Positions 24,470-36,740 of a stretch of 64,000 nt of DNA are shown one piece after another (positions within the stretch are counted from its first letter, which is position 1; every line of letters begins with the position of its first letter). The position numbers and the translations under genes were made by a program. This DNA comes from Felis catus (lineage: Eukaryota). Under the pieces are notes generated by a model, which was not told where the DNA came from, ran no database searches, and worked only from the letters and a program-made list of their open reading frames with translations. Where the stretch lies: NCBI RefSeq assembly GCF_018350175.1, contig NC_058368.1:202308001-202372000 (forward strand), given 5' to 3'.

Positions 24470-24978
24470 TGTGTAACAGTTCAGTTCTTTATGTTACAGG
24501 TGCTAGAATACCTGAGAAAGTTGTTTACGAAAGATAAAAAGAAACTTGGCTGAAATCACTGAAGAGTCCCGGCTCTGGTGGTTTTAATTCAAATCTGTCA
24601 GTAGACATGCTACTGCTTCATCACTCAGCTCTGGTTTCTGCACTGTTTATTTCATTCTCAGAGATTCTGGAATGGCAAGGCAACCAGAAACTATAGTCCC
24701 ATACTTCTCTCTTAATAGATTGAACAAAATTCATACTGAGTCTCATTGACTGAGTGATGATTCTGATTCTGACTGAGTGATGTGGTCAGTCATGAACCAA
24801 TCACTGTGAAACAAAAAAGTTACCTTTGTTTAAGCCAACCTCACATACCTCTGGAGTCAGGAATAAAACAATCCAGTTGAAGTAAATGAAATGAAGAGGG
24901 GAAACAGTAAATTCATAGAAGAAAATTGTATTTTATTATTGCCAGAAAAAAAGGCTGATATATATATGTCAACAAAAG
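24470..24978 (-). mobile_element. Old MaLR LTR (MLT1K/L/N-like)
   Basis: 'tcagttctttatgttacaggtgctagaa', 'tcagctctggtttctgc...ttcattctcag', 'tgaaccaatcactgtg'. Confidence 0.6.
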
Positions 24979-25009
24979 GTTAGATACCTGGTATATGACG
25001 TAATTGTCA

Positions 25010-25690
25010 TAAGGAAAGACGAATCTATGGGCGTTCAAAGGTGGAAAAAGATAGTTTTGAGCAAAGGCATCGTGGAGCTAGTATTTGAGTTAGGCCAAGA
25101 GGAACTTTGAAATATAGTGACGTGGGAAAGTACCTTCTCAGAAAACTGAAGGAATTGGGCAAAGATATAAAGAAAATAAAGTGAGGGATGCTTAGGAAAC
25201 ATTACCGTCTGGTTAGGGAATTTGAAGGGAAAATTGTATAGGCTAAGAAAAGTAGTTTGGCATCAGATTACGGAGCACTTTGGCAGTCTTAATAATTTAA
25301 TGTTATTTCAGTGGGCAGTGTATAACCATTGGTGTCTTTTTTTAGCAGAGACATGATGTAATCATACTAATTACAGGAGAAAAACTTGATAACAACACTG
25401 CTTGGAATAAATAGAATTGGAGAAAAGCAGAGGAAAACCATTTAGAAAGCTGTTGCCATAGTCATAACACGACATAATAAGACTGGGACTGATCTAGTAA
25501 ATTTAGAATGTCAAAAGAAAGGATGAATTCTTGAGTCATTGGGGATGATACTAGCAGCAGGATTGGATTTCAATGGCAGGGGAGAAGGGAGAATTAAAGA
25601 TGATTTAGTGGTTGTGCATCGGAATACTATCTCTTGAATGCTTGTAACAAAACAATGGAGCATATAATGAATAGTAGATTTAGCAGAAAG
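25010..25690 (-). mobile_element. L2 fragment
   Basis: 'atttgagttaggcc', 'catcagattacggagcactt', 'tttagcagagacatgat', 'gctgttgccatagtc', 'ggagaattaaagatgattt'. Confidence 0.7.
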
Positions 25691-25779
25691 ACAATGCATT
25701 TTATTTGTTTTGAAATTTATGTTTTAAGTTTTATCAAGGGCAGAATAAATAACAAGACTGTGTTAATACATATGATATA

Positions 25780-26225
25780 TGTATTATTTTCCTATTGCCA
25801 TTGTAATGAATCACCATAAATTTAGTGGTTTAAAATAATATAAATGTGTTACCTTATACTTCTGGAGTTCAGAAATCCAGAATGGGTTTCACTAGAATAA
25901 AATCAAAGTGTTGGCAGGGCTAGGTTTCTTCTGAAAGCTCTAGGGAAGAATCTGTTTCCTTGCCTTTTTCAACATTTAGAGGCTACCTATATTCATTAGC
26001 TCATAGCCTCTTCCTCTCTTTTCAAAGATGGTGGTAAACATCTTCAAACTGTCACGCTGACTCTCTTGCCTACCTTGTTCATTTATAAGAACTCTTGATT
26101 ACATTAGGTCCAACAGGATAATTTGTGATCAGCTTCCCATCTCAAGATCCTTAATTTAATTATCTAAGTCACTTCTGCCATATAAATAAACACGTTCATA
26201 AATTCCAGGGACTAAGAAGTGGACA
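25780..26225 (-). mobile_element. MaLR LTR (MLT1D-like), main part
   Basis: 'tgtattattttcctattgcc...aaaatcaaagtgttggcagggct...ctctagggaagaatctgtttccttgcctttt...atctcaagatccttaa...ccagggactaagaagtggaca'. Confidence 0.9.
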
Positions 26226-26561
26226 AAAGAAGTCCTAGTCTAACCCTGGGGCTATACCAGAAACCAGCACCGCCCCCTTCCACCTGTGGGACCTTGGTGA
26301 CGACAGGACAATATAATCTGGCCACCTGCAGTAACTACACCTCGTAACAGCTGAATGGTTCACTTCACAGGCATATGCACCCATTGGAATTAGATCTGAG
26401 TCAGTTTTATATCCTGAAATCCCTGCTCACCTTTCTAGGCAGATGAGCCCATTTCCCCTACTATTGTCCCATGTGCAGATAGATGACTATAACATACTTT
26501 TATACCTCACTTTGAAGCAGGTGGCAAAAAACAAAAATAAAAACAAAAAGCCAAGTGTACG

Positions 26562-27090
26562 TTGTTTGTTTATTTGTTTGTTTGGAGAAACCAGTTCAAT
26601 TTATGATAGAATTTTTATACAGTGATAGTGCCTGACTCAGAGCAGAGCAGGGAGTGGCCAAATCCCCACCATGCTACCTGGGTCTCTGAAAATGGGAGCA
26701 GAAACAAAAAAAAGGTTAAGGCTGAGGTCACTGCTATGTCCCAAATACAACAACCTGGAAAAACATGTTAATAAAGGAAATAAAAACCCCTCTAAACTCT
26801 GTGAAACCTCACTCTTAAAAAAGTAAATAAAAATAAGATGCCCAAGCCACAGCTCTCAGGATGACAAACCGCTGTCCACTTTGAGATGTGGTTGCTGTAG
26901 GCAGATCCCCTGATCTGCTAGAAGATGACATCTAGCCTAGTCTTATGATCCTTGTTTGGTGCAGGTCCCAGTGATATCCCAGGAGGGTGGCATGGGGTCC
27001 CCTTGGAGGCTGAAGCACTCAATGAGGAGGAGAGGGTCAGAGTCAGCTTTTTGATTGGGGCAGAACCAGAAAACATTTGCGTTACCTGAA
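26562..27090 (-). pseudogene. Possible retrocopy or duplicated 3' end of an unidentified gene
   Basis: Decayed A-tail-like (ttgt)n at 26562-26583; minus-strand CATAAA ~15 nt upstream; 3'UTR-like body; GC-richer ORF end '...GPAPNKDHKTRLDVIF*' stopping at 26918. Parent gene not recognised. Confidence 0.4.
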
Positions 27091-27092
27091 AT

Positions 27093-27125
27093 GGGGAGTG
27101 GGCAGGCATTATTCTGCCAACAACA
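27093..27125 (-). mobile_element. Displaced terminus of the MLT1D-like LTR
   Basis: 'ggcattattctgccaacaaca' matches recalled MLT1 end 'gccattattctgcctaccaca' at 18/21, the piece missing after 26225. Confidence 0.7.
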
Positions 27126-27346
27126 GTATGGCAAATACCCAAGAAGAAAAGCACATTGGCCCAAAATTTCAATATCTTGGTGAATATGATGTCCTTTTTC
27201 TGAGAGTTTAGAATAATGTCAAATCTGGGTGGGCAATGCCTAAAACAAGTGCTGTGTTGAACTGTTAGATACATTCTCCTTCAAATTACTAAAATTATTA
27301 CAACACTTGGAAACCATATACTTGATTTTTTTATACTTTAGGACAC

Positions 27347-27804
27347 TGTGGTAAACTGGAAAAAGATAGTAGTCATATTTGAAGAGTCTCACAAAAAATG
27401 GTGTTTATTGTTCTAGCTGTTATATCAGGCTTGGGCATGTGACTTGTATTGGCCAGTGGCCATTAGCAAACATGACACAAGTTGAGGTTTGCAAAGGGCA
27501 TGGGCATTGAGACTTCCTCCTTGCTTCTTTTTTCCATCAACATCTCAACAAGCTGGGCTATACTCTTGGAGGATGAGAGAGCACATGGAGAGAGACCTCA
27601 GCCACCCATGTATACTAGCCATCCTTGCCATGGTACTTAAGGGCTCAGGCATCTGAATGTGGTCCTCATAAGCCATCCAGTCCCCACAAAATGGTTCAGG
27701 CTATAAGAACAAAAAGAGCACATAAATATGAAAATATTGAATGCTATTGTTTTAAGCCACTACATTTGGGCTGATTTGCTATGCTGCAAAAAATAACTGA
27801 TATA
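27347..27804 (+). mobile_element. MaLR LTR (MLT1G/H-like)
   Basis: 'gggcatgtgacttgtattggcca...ttagcaaacatgacacaag', 'tggaggatgagagagcacatggag', 'ttgttttaagccactacatttggg...aataactgata'. Confidence 0.8.
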
Positions 27805-27893
27805 GAAATGATTGTGGTGTGTTCATCTAGTTTTTGAAGGCAGCTGCCTGTGATAGAAAGCAACAACCCTCTAGATTGTCATCGCACTTTTTA

Positions 27894-28114
27894 AAAATAT
27901 TTGTTTATTTATTTATTTATTTTGAGAGAGAGAGAAAGAGAGAGAGAGCAAGCGAGGGAGGGGCAGAGATAGAGGAAGAGAGAGAAAATCTCAAGCAGGC
28001 TCTGTGCTGTCAGTGCAGAGCCCGAGGTGGGGCTGGATCCCACAAACCATGAGATCATGACCTGAGCTGAAATCAGGAGTCAGATGCTTAACCAACAGAG
28101 CCATCCAGGCACCC
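27894..28114 (-). mobile_element. Can-SINE
   Basis: TSD tgtcat[c/t]gcacttttta at 27877-27893 and 28116-28132. Confidence 0.96.
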
Positions 28115-30144
28115 ATGTCATTGCACTTTTTATCAAATGACATGAATTGACAAATGATGTTGGTCCTTATTTTGATAATAAAATGATTTGGTATTCGATC
28201 ATTTCTGAAAAGTCATATTGAGTATACCAATGTTACTAATTAAAAGTGACAATCCTCTTAAGCACTTTATCCAGTGTTCCAACCTTTTCAATCAAGGCTA
28301 TCTTTGAGTCCCTCCTATGGCCATCTGTCAAATTTTGCCTACCACATTTCACTGCAGCCTTCTGGAAGAGCACACTTCCTCATGTCAAGTAGGAGAGCTT
28401 GACAGATTCACAGTCTAAAATCATGGTCCTGTTTCCCCCATTTTTGTATGATTTAAAAATAATGTTAAGTTCATCCCAGAGTAATGCATTAGAGAAAAAA
28501 CAAATAAGAAAGATGTCATCTTTCATCTCCTAAAACTCAAGTCAGAAGACAAGTCTTTCCCAAACAGGAAGGGCGTGGCAGCTCTTCTTGGGTCTTTCTC
28601 TCCATCTGATCAACACAAAGCATTAAGTGTGCTCCATATTGGTGCTACTTCTAATTGATGTTTATTGTTAAAAGGGAGATAATTTTACAGATATTTAACT
28701 ATTACATTTTTTATTTACTATAAGTTTTATCCTTCAGCTCCTTCCCCATTTAATCAGAGACATTCCCAACTTAGAAGGAGGGCAGAGTCATCTTAGAACA
28801 ATGGGCTTGCTTGGGAAGTGGCTTCTTAACAGACACAGCAAATATAACTGGAACAAAGGTCTGAACATTTTACATATCTTTATTATCTATTTTTCCTTCC
28901 ACCTACTGTATCTCAACTCTAAATTTTAGGAGAGGAGTAATATAATATCTCTTCATTCCTAAAGCAATAGGTTCAGGGTCACTGATCCATTCATATGTAA
29001 GTGGGGAAAATGTGGATATTTTACCAAGAATCGTAATCTTACATGTATGGCATCCAAGTTAATTCTAAAGAGAATGTTTAGGATTCTCATTGAGAAGGCA
29101 CATTGCTATAATATTAGTAGCACAATGGAAAATGATATGGATAAAAGTCTTTTCTGTGTTATTGAAATACTTCAGTAAAATAGAATTCATATTCTTTTTA
29201 TAAAATGAAAGAATAGTATACCAAACTTAGAATAAATGGTAACTCAGAATGAGCTTCCACTTTAGTTTTTAATGTGCGATATGGAAAGAAAGCAATGTAA
29301 CTAGAATTTCATAAATAAAAACTTCTGAAATCTAAAAATTCCATAATTTTTCCCATTTAAATAATCACACTAGAAATCAATCTCCTTTAAACTTATAAAT
29401 AAATTAAGTGTCCTTTCCAAAGTGATTCTCCATAAATTAGAATTTTTTTAAGTTGTCCTTATGGGAATAATCTCAGGGCTGTCAGTTTCCAGTTTGGGGA
29501 AGATAATTGTTGAGTACTGGTCCCAGGGCAATGGATATTATCATGGTTTTTAGTAACTATTATGAGCATTTTCAATTTTACCTTTTTTCATTAAAATATT
29601 TTGCCTCTAGCTCTTCCTGCTGCTCTGCCTCTGTACATGCTTATTTTATATAAACTTTCATAAATGTGGTTGATTATGGTCATAACTTTGTAACAGCATT
29701 GCACTAACTTATTTTTATGAAAATGTTATTCAAAGGACCAAAATCACATATATCATATTAATTCATCATATGTCACTTCAGTGAGGCTAGACATATATTG
29801 TCTCTTTTCCAGACAATATATCTGAATCCTTTAATAATTAGAGTAAAAAGAATATTTCTAGATGTTAGGGTACCTCAGTGTATTATATAGTGTATGTTTA
29901 TATTTAATATTAACTCTTGAATGCATATATGGATATCTATATCTACACACCTACGTACACATATTTACTTGCAAAAGTATTTTAAGTGGCTTTAACAAGT
30001 TATGTCACAGCATGACAGGCATGCTGCCAAGTACAATACAAAGAATACATTTTAAAGGGATGCAGCTGTCACAAGTAGTATTACCTAACATTGTACCAAC
30101 CTCTTACCTCGTATCTTTTCTGCTACCTTTGCAATTTTTTCTTT

Positions 30145-31547
30145 CTTTCTTTTTTACCATTTTATTTAATTTATTTTTTAAATTTACATCCAAGTTAGTT
30201 AGCATATGGCGCGACAATGATTTCAGGGGTAGATTCCTTAATGCCCCTTACCCATTTCGCCCATCCCCTCTCCCACAACCGCTCCAGTAACCCTCTGTGT
30301 GTTCTCTATATTTAAGAGTCTCTTATGTTTTGTCCCCCTCCCTGTTTTTATATTATTTTTGCTTCCCTTCCCTTATGTTCATCTGTTTTGTATCTTAAAG
30401 TCCTCATATGAGTGAAGTCGTATGATGTTTGTCTTTCTCTGACTCACTAATTTCGCTTAGCGTAATACTCTCTAGTTCCATCCACATAGTTGCAAATGGC
30501 AAGATTTCATTCTTTTTGATTGCCGAGTAATACTCCATTGTATACGTATACCACATCTTCTTTATCCATTCATCAGTCGATGAACATTTGGATGCTTTCT
30601 ACACTTTGTCAATAGCACTGCTATAAACTTTGGGGTGCATGTGCCCCTTCGACACAGCATACCTGTATCCCTCGGATAAATACCTAGTAGTGCAGTTGCT
30701 GGGTCGTAGGGTAGCTCTAGTTTTAGTTTTTGGAGGAACCTCCATACTGTTTTCCAGAGTGGCTGCACCAGTTTGCATTCCCACTAGCAGTGCAAAAGAG
30801 ATCCTCTTTCTCTGCATCCTCACCAACATCTGTTGTTGCCTGAGTTGTTAATGTTAGCCATTCTGACAGGTGTGAGGTGGTATCTCATTGTGGCTTTGAT
30901 CTGTATTTTCCTGATGATGAGTGATGTTGAGCATTTTTTCACGTGTCAGTTGGCCATCTGGATGTCTTCTCTGGAGAAGTGTCTATTCATGTCTTTTGCC
31001 CATTTCTTCACTGGACTATTGTTTTGTGGGTGTTGAGTTTGATAAGGTCTTTACAGATTTTGTATACTAACCCTTTATCTGATATGTCATTTGCAAATAT
31101 CTTCTCCCATTCCATCAGTTGCCTTTTAGTTTTGCTGATTGTTTCCCTCACTGTGCAGAAGTGTTTTATTTTGATGAGGTCCCAATAGTTCATTTTTGCA
31201 TTTGTTTCCCTTGCCTCCAGAGATGTGCTGAGTAAAAAGTTGCTGCGGTCAAGGTCAAAGAGATTTTTGCCTGCCTTCTCCTCTAGGATTTTGATGGCTT
31301 CCTGTCTTACATTGAGGTCTTTCATCCATTTTGAGTTTATTTTTGTGTATGGTGTAAGAAAGTGGTCCAGGTTTATTTTTCTGCATATTGCTGTCCAGTT
31401 TTCCCAGCACCACGTGCTGAAGAGATTGTCTTTATTCCATTGGATATTCTTTACTGCTTTGTCAAAGATTAGTTGGCCATATGTTTGTGGGTCCATTTCT
31501 GGGTTCTCTATTCTGTTCCATTGATCTGAGTGCCTGTTTTTGTGTCA
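30145..31547 (-). mobile_element. 5'-truncated carnivore/felid L1, 1.4 kb (disrupted ORF2 C-terminal part + 3'UTR)
   Basis: ORFs 31008-31496 ([13 protein letters not shown]...WCWENW...[13 protein letters not shown]) and 30562-30768 (QPLWKTVWRFL..LELPYDPA); TSD tgcaattt[t/a]ttcttt at 30130-30144 and 31548-31562. Confidence 0.97.
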
Positions 31548-31857
31548 TGCAATTTATTCTTTATATTTCTTCTAGAGTAAGATTTTGATTTGCAGATATG
31601 ACCATTTTACTTCCCTACTTTCTGCTGACTTCTAGAAGTGTTAAAAGTTCTTAAGGAGACATTCTGTGCTCCAACAAAGTGGCTCTGAACTCTTCCTCTA
31701 GTCTAATCACCCACTGAATGATTCCATACACCAATGCTACACTCCAGACATATATGATTACTGATTATTACCCCAGTTCACTCTGATATTGTGCGACTCT
31801 ATTGTTGTCTTTCTTTTTTTCTGTATACTATCACCTCACCATTAAAATTCCTTTCTT

Positions 31858-31892
31858 TTTCTCTTCTTTTTCTTTTCTCTTTTCTTTTCTTT

Positions 31893-31948
<56 letters not shown>

Positions 31949-32128
31949 TCAAGAGCACACACACACAAGCAGGACAGGGGCAGAGAGAGGGAAAGAGAGA
32001 CTCCCAAGCAGGCTTCATGCTGTGAGCTTGGAACCCAATGCAGGGCTCGAACCCATGGACCATGAGATCATGACCTGAGCTGAAATCAAGAGTCAGACAC
32101 TTTAATGCACTGATTCACTCAGGCACCC
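31858..32128 (-). mobile_element. Can-SINE whose tail has become a (TTTC)n tetranucleotide microsatellite
   Basis: (tttc)n at ~31887-31950, then 'gggcagagagaggg...gagatcatgacctgagctgaaatcaagagtc...caggcaccc'. Confidence 0.92.
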
Positions 32129-32439
32129 AAAACAGTTACCTTTCTTATTCAGTTTGTGAATCTTGCAAAATTCAGATTAAGCAATTTGTCCTCTTGGAAG
32201 CCATTTCTGTTGTAGCATGCAAAGCTAATCACTTCTTATTTTTTGCCACTGGTGTGCTAATTATTCAGTTAATAAGATGTAATGAGGAGTTTTAAGAAAC
32301 AGACTTTTAATTAAATTATTAACCTCGCCTAATGGATCATGAATACCATGATAGTGGAGACTTATTTATTTTTGAATTTAAAGTACCTAATAGAGTCACT
32401 GGAAAATAAAAAGCCCTCATTAAATATTGATTAAAGTAA

Positions 32440-32505
32440 TTATATATATATATGTATTTATATATATATATATACACACACACACATATATATACATATA
32501 TATAA
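32440..32505. repeat. (TA)n/(CA)n microsatellite
   Basis: Direct reading. Confidence 0.93.
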
Positions 32506-32526
32506 AATTACAAAGTACATATATTC

Positions 32527-32751
32527 CTTTTTATTTTTTTATTTAAAAATTTTTTTAAGTTTATTTATTTATTTTGAGAGAGAGACAGAGAGAGCACGAG
32601 CAGGGGAGAGGCAGAGGGAGAGAATCCCAAGTAGGGTTTGCACTGTCAGCACAGAGCCCAATGCGGGGCTTGAATCCATGAACTGCAAGACCATGACTTG
32701 AGCTGAAACCAAGAGTCAGACACTTAATGGACTGAGCCACCCAGGTGCCCC
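32527..32751 (-). mobile_element. Can-SINE (first of tandem pair)
   Basis: Full structure; flanked by acatatattc (32517-32526) and acatatagtc (32752-32761). Confidence 0.95.
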
Positions 32752-32764
32752 ACATATAGTCATC

Positions 32765-32782
32765 TTTAAAAGGTTATTTATT

Positions 32783-32825
<43 letters not shown>

Positions 32826-33013
32826 AAGAGAAAGAGAGAGAGAGAAAGAGAGAATGAGCAGGGAAGGGGCAGAGAAAGAGGGAGAGAGAGAATCCCAAGC
32901 AGACTCCTCACTGTCAGCACAGAGCCTGACCCAGGGCTCAGACCCACAAACCACAAAATCATGACCTGAGCTGAAGTCACATGCTTAACTGAGTGAGCCA
33001 TCCAAGCACCCCC
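32765..33013 (-). mobile_element. Can-SINE (second of tandem pair)
   Basis: Long (GA)n; outer TSD aaagtacatatattc at 32512-32526 and 33016-33030. Confidence 0.95.
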
Positions 33014-33443
33014 TAAAAGTACATATATTCTTATACAAACATGTAACACACATATTTGTATAATAAAATATATTCCTAAAGTACTAAACTGAGGGAATTT
33101 ATTATAAAACTAACTTTATTTTCCACGATCTTCAAGCATAGAAGGGATATTGACTCTTTTTGTCTAGAAGGAAGCATGCTAATTTTTCATTAGACATAAC
33201 TTTTCCCTGTTTACTACTCTCTAAGAGGACTAGCATGTAGTCTACAGGTTTTCCACAAAAAGACAGAGATATGAATTACAGCATCTAAATTGCTTCACAT
33301 TTTATTATTATATAATTCTAATAATGTGCTTTGTATTCCTTATGTGAAAACTAATTCTAGTCAACCTTGGATTATAACTTTTGATGAGTGATATATTGAA
33401 CCAAGTACAAAGGAAAGATATCAGCATTAGATTTTGTAATTTT

Positions 33444-33665
33444 TAAAAAAAATTTTTTTTTTCAATGTTTATTTATTTTTGGGACAGAGAGAGACAGAGC
33501 ATGAATGGGGGAGGGGCAGAGAGAGAGGGAGACACAGAATCGGAAACAGGCTCCAGGCTCTGAGCCATCAGCCCAGAGCCCGACGCGGGGCTCGAACTCA
33601 CGGACAGCGAGATCGTGACCTGGCTGAAGTCGGACGCTTAACTGACTGCGCCACCCAGGCGCCCC
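33444..33665 (-). mobile_element. Young Felis-type Can-SINE
   Basis: Near-consensus; perfect TSD gattttgtaatttt at 33430-33443 and 33668-33681. Confidence 0.97.
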
Positions 33666-34888
33666 TTGATTTTGTAATTTTATATTCTGGAAAAAGAACA
33701 CTTTAAATATCAAGACTTACTTCAATGATTCCAGTTAAGATCATTCTTAAATTTTTTTTTTCTTACCAAATTAATCAGTTTTTAGTTAAATCTCAGTAAT
33801 GTTTGAATATTGATCAAAATGCATTCTAGTCATCATTCTTATTGTAATTCTCAGTATTCAAAACTTACCCTCCCCCAGAACTTCGTGAGTTTTAAAATGG
33901 CTCATAAAGATTAAAATACAATAAGCAACAAAACATCCTGCCTTATTTTGGGAAAGGATTTTTTTTTCTTTTGCCAGTATAGAAATAAAGTTCCTTCTCA
34001 TCTATGTGTTTTTCTCCAAATATTCTTTGTTCTAAATACACAGAGAAGAATAAACTGTCCATTGTTTTTTCAATTCCTTCAAGAAACATCAAATGTTTTT
34101 TCTTTGGGCTTTAAATCATTTTATACCAGCAATTAAAATATGTATTTTTTTCCTTGATCTGATACTCAAGAAATTCAGTTTTTTATTGTATTATATTTTA
34201 ATTTATTTAATAGGAACAGAGGAAATAAAGCCTGTTTTAATCACACTTCAGTAGCATAGTTGACTCAAGTGAACATTTGAAAACAGTTATAAAGAATATT
34301 TCTAAAATATAAAAAACAATAGAAAATTCCAACCACAGAGATTTGAGTTGTTATTCACTTGTTAGTCTTGTTAGTACTTTGTCCAAAAAAGAAAGGAAAT
34401 AGGCAGTGGCTGTCATTTTCTCTTCTGCTTCAGAAAAGTCCTAGAGAACAATTGGTTTGTTTAGTAGATGTGTTCTGTTGTGCTTAAAATTAGCATAACT
34501 AAAATTGTTATGAGGTATGTAAATCCCAGTGGAATTTTGTTTACTTTACGTGTTGCTTTCAACCTGCCCCCCAATTTATTTCAGAGTTGTTGGTCTTGAA
34601 TTTGCAAGAAATTCAGTAGAACATTAATTATCAGCATACTATTTTGAATAGAATGATCATATAGAGATTATTCAAACTTGCGATGGGCCAAACCTAACTT
34701 ATTAGAATGGCCACGCCCAATATCTTCCAAAAAAATGTCATTCCCATCTATGCCAGCTTTTGGACAGTCACCTAAACCAGATTGAACCAGAAAGCTAAAA
34801 ACTATTTGTAGCTTCTCCATGCTTTACCTCTGATATCAAATAACCCTCCTAACAACTCTGATTGCAGTCTCCACCTCTCATTTCATTT

Positions 34889-35222
34889 CTGCTGGCATAA
34901 GGTAGATCACATACAGACATGTAGATTGGATATTATGAAAGACCAAACACAGTGAGCAGCATTGAAGGGGAGGCGATATCTCCCCTGGGAGAAAGACTGG
35001 TCTTGCTTAAAAGAGGTGGATTCCCCAAATTCAGTGCTGCACTTCTATAACTTATGCACATGCTTGTAGGTCCTCTATAACCCTCCCATGGGATTGAGGG
35101 GCAAAGAGAACAGATGCAAACATGCTGATGCTGTTGCTGCTTGCTGTGATATGGTTAATGACATCCTTTCTATCTGTTCCAGGAGTCGTGTCTTCTACCA
35201 AGATCTATGAGTCAGTAACATG
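34889..35222 (+). mobile_element. ERV LTR, probably continuing at ~36127-36178 after the L1
   Basis: 'catgctgatgctgttgctgcttgctgtg...atcctttctatctgttccaggagtcgtgtcttctaccaagatctatga' resembles a recalled LTR R/U5 region. Confidence 0.6.
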
Positions 35223-35224
35223 AT

Positions 35225-35535
35225 ATTTTTAAATTAATTTATTTAAAGTCAAGTTAGTTGACATACAGGGTAGAAAGTGCCCTCCTTAATGCCCATCACC
35301 CATGTAATCCATACCCCCCACCCACCTCCTCTCCAGCAACCTTCAGTTTGTTCTCTGTGTTTAAGAGTCACTTACTTTTTGCCTTCCTCTCTGTTTTTAT
35401 CTTACTTTTCCTTCCCTTCCCCTTTGGTCATCTGTTGTGTTTTTCTTAAATTCCATATATGAGTGAAATCATATATTTGTCTTTCTCTGCTTGACTTATT
35501 TTGCTTAGCATAATACACTCTAGTTTCATAGTTTT

Positions 35536-35582
<47 letters not shown>

Positions 35583-36117
35583 TTATCCATTCATCAGTAG
35601 AGCTACATTTGGGCTCCTCCATAATTTGGCTATTATTGCTAATGCTGCTATAAACATTGGGGTGCATGTAGCCTTTTGAATCAGCAATTTTGTATCCTTT
35701 GGATAAATACCTAGTAGTGCAATTGCTGAGTCATAGGGTAGTTCTATTTTTATTTTTTTGAAGAACCTCCATACTGTTTTCCAGAGTAGCTACTATACCA
35801 GTTTGCATTCCCACCAACCGTGCAAAAGTGTTCCCCTTTCTCCACATCCTCACCAACATCTGTTGTGTCCTCAGTTGTTCATTTCAGCCATTCTGACAGG
35901 TGGAGGTGGGAACTTACAGTGGTTTTTATTTGCAAATGACATATCAGATGAAAGGTGTCTGAAATCTATAAAGAACTTATCAAACTCATCATCTAAAAAA
36001 AAAGAATAATCTAGTGAAGAAATGGATAGAACACATGAATAGACACTTTTCCAGAGAAGATATCCAGATGGCTAACAGACATATGAAAAGATGCTCAACA
36101 TCACTTAATATTAGAGA
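35225..36117 (-). mobile_element. Carnivore L1 3' end with 5' inversion (twin priming)
   Basis: Minus arm to ~35926; plus arm ~35927-36117 ('atttgcaaatgacatatcagat...aaaagatgctcaacatcact'); TSD agtaacatg at 35214-35222 and 36118-36126; internal (TA)n at 35538-35580. Confidence 0.92.
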
Positions 36118-36204
36118 AGTAACATGTTGATTTACGATGTGGTAAATACAGTAAAATCAACCTTCTATCTGTTATCAGTTTTTTTATGTTAAACATTCGT
36201 TTAT

Positions 36205-36740
36205 ATTATACAGCAATCCCATCCCTAGGTATTTATCCAAAGGAAATGACACCTATGTCCACATAAAGGTCCTACATAAACCTTTGTTGTAGATTTGTTC
36301 ATAATCATCCCAAACTGGAAAGAAGCTAAATGCGTATTAACTTTGAATGGACAAAGACTACTGTGATACATTAATAGAATACTACTCAGCAATAAAAAGG
36401 TATAAACTAAGGAAAAAGGCAACATGATGAATCTCAAAATCATTACACTAAATGAAAGAAGCCGTGCACCAAGGCTCTATATTGTATGATTCTATTTATA
36501 TGAAATTCTGGAAAAGGCAAAATTATAGGGACATAAGTCATATCAGAGATTGCAAAGAATGGAGGAGGGTAATATGTGAAAATTGACTACAAAGGGCCAT
36601 CAGGAAATATTTTGGGATGATGAAATAGTCTATAACTTGACCATGATGGTGATCACACAACTGTATATATTTGTCAAAACTCATTGAACTTTACACTTAA
36701 AAAGGGTGAACTTTATTTTAACTGCATTTCTATGAAAAAC
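36205..36740 (+). mobile_element. Old L1 (L1MB/L1ME-type) 3' end
   Basis: 'cagcaatcccatccctaggtatttatccaaaggaaatg', 'gatgaatctcaaaatcatta', 'ttgtcaaaactcattgaact...cacttaaaa'. Confidence 0.88.

Noticed and set aside
24747..24782. 13-bp direct repeat tgactgagtgatg
   Set aside because: Ordinary small duplication within an old LTR.
29862..30290. 142-aa ORF
   Set aside because: Runs from AT-rich DNA through the antisense L1 tail; low complexity with no recognisable domain.
31008..31496. 162-aa ORF with clear protein homology
   Set aside because: L1 ORF2 fragment within a 5'-truncated, disrupted copy; neither a host gene nor an active element.
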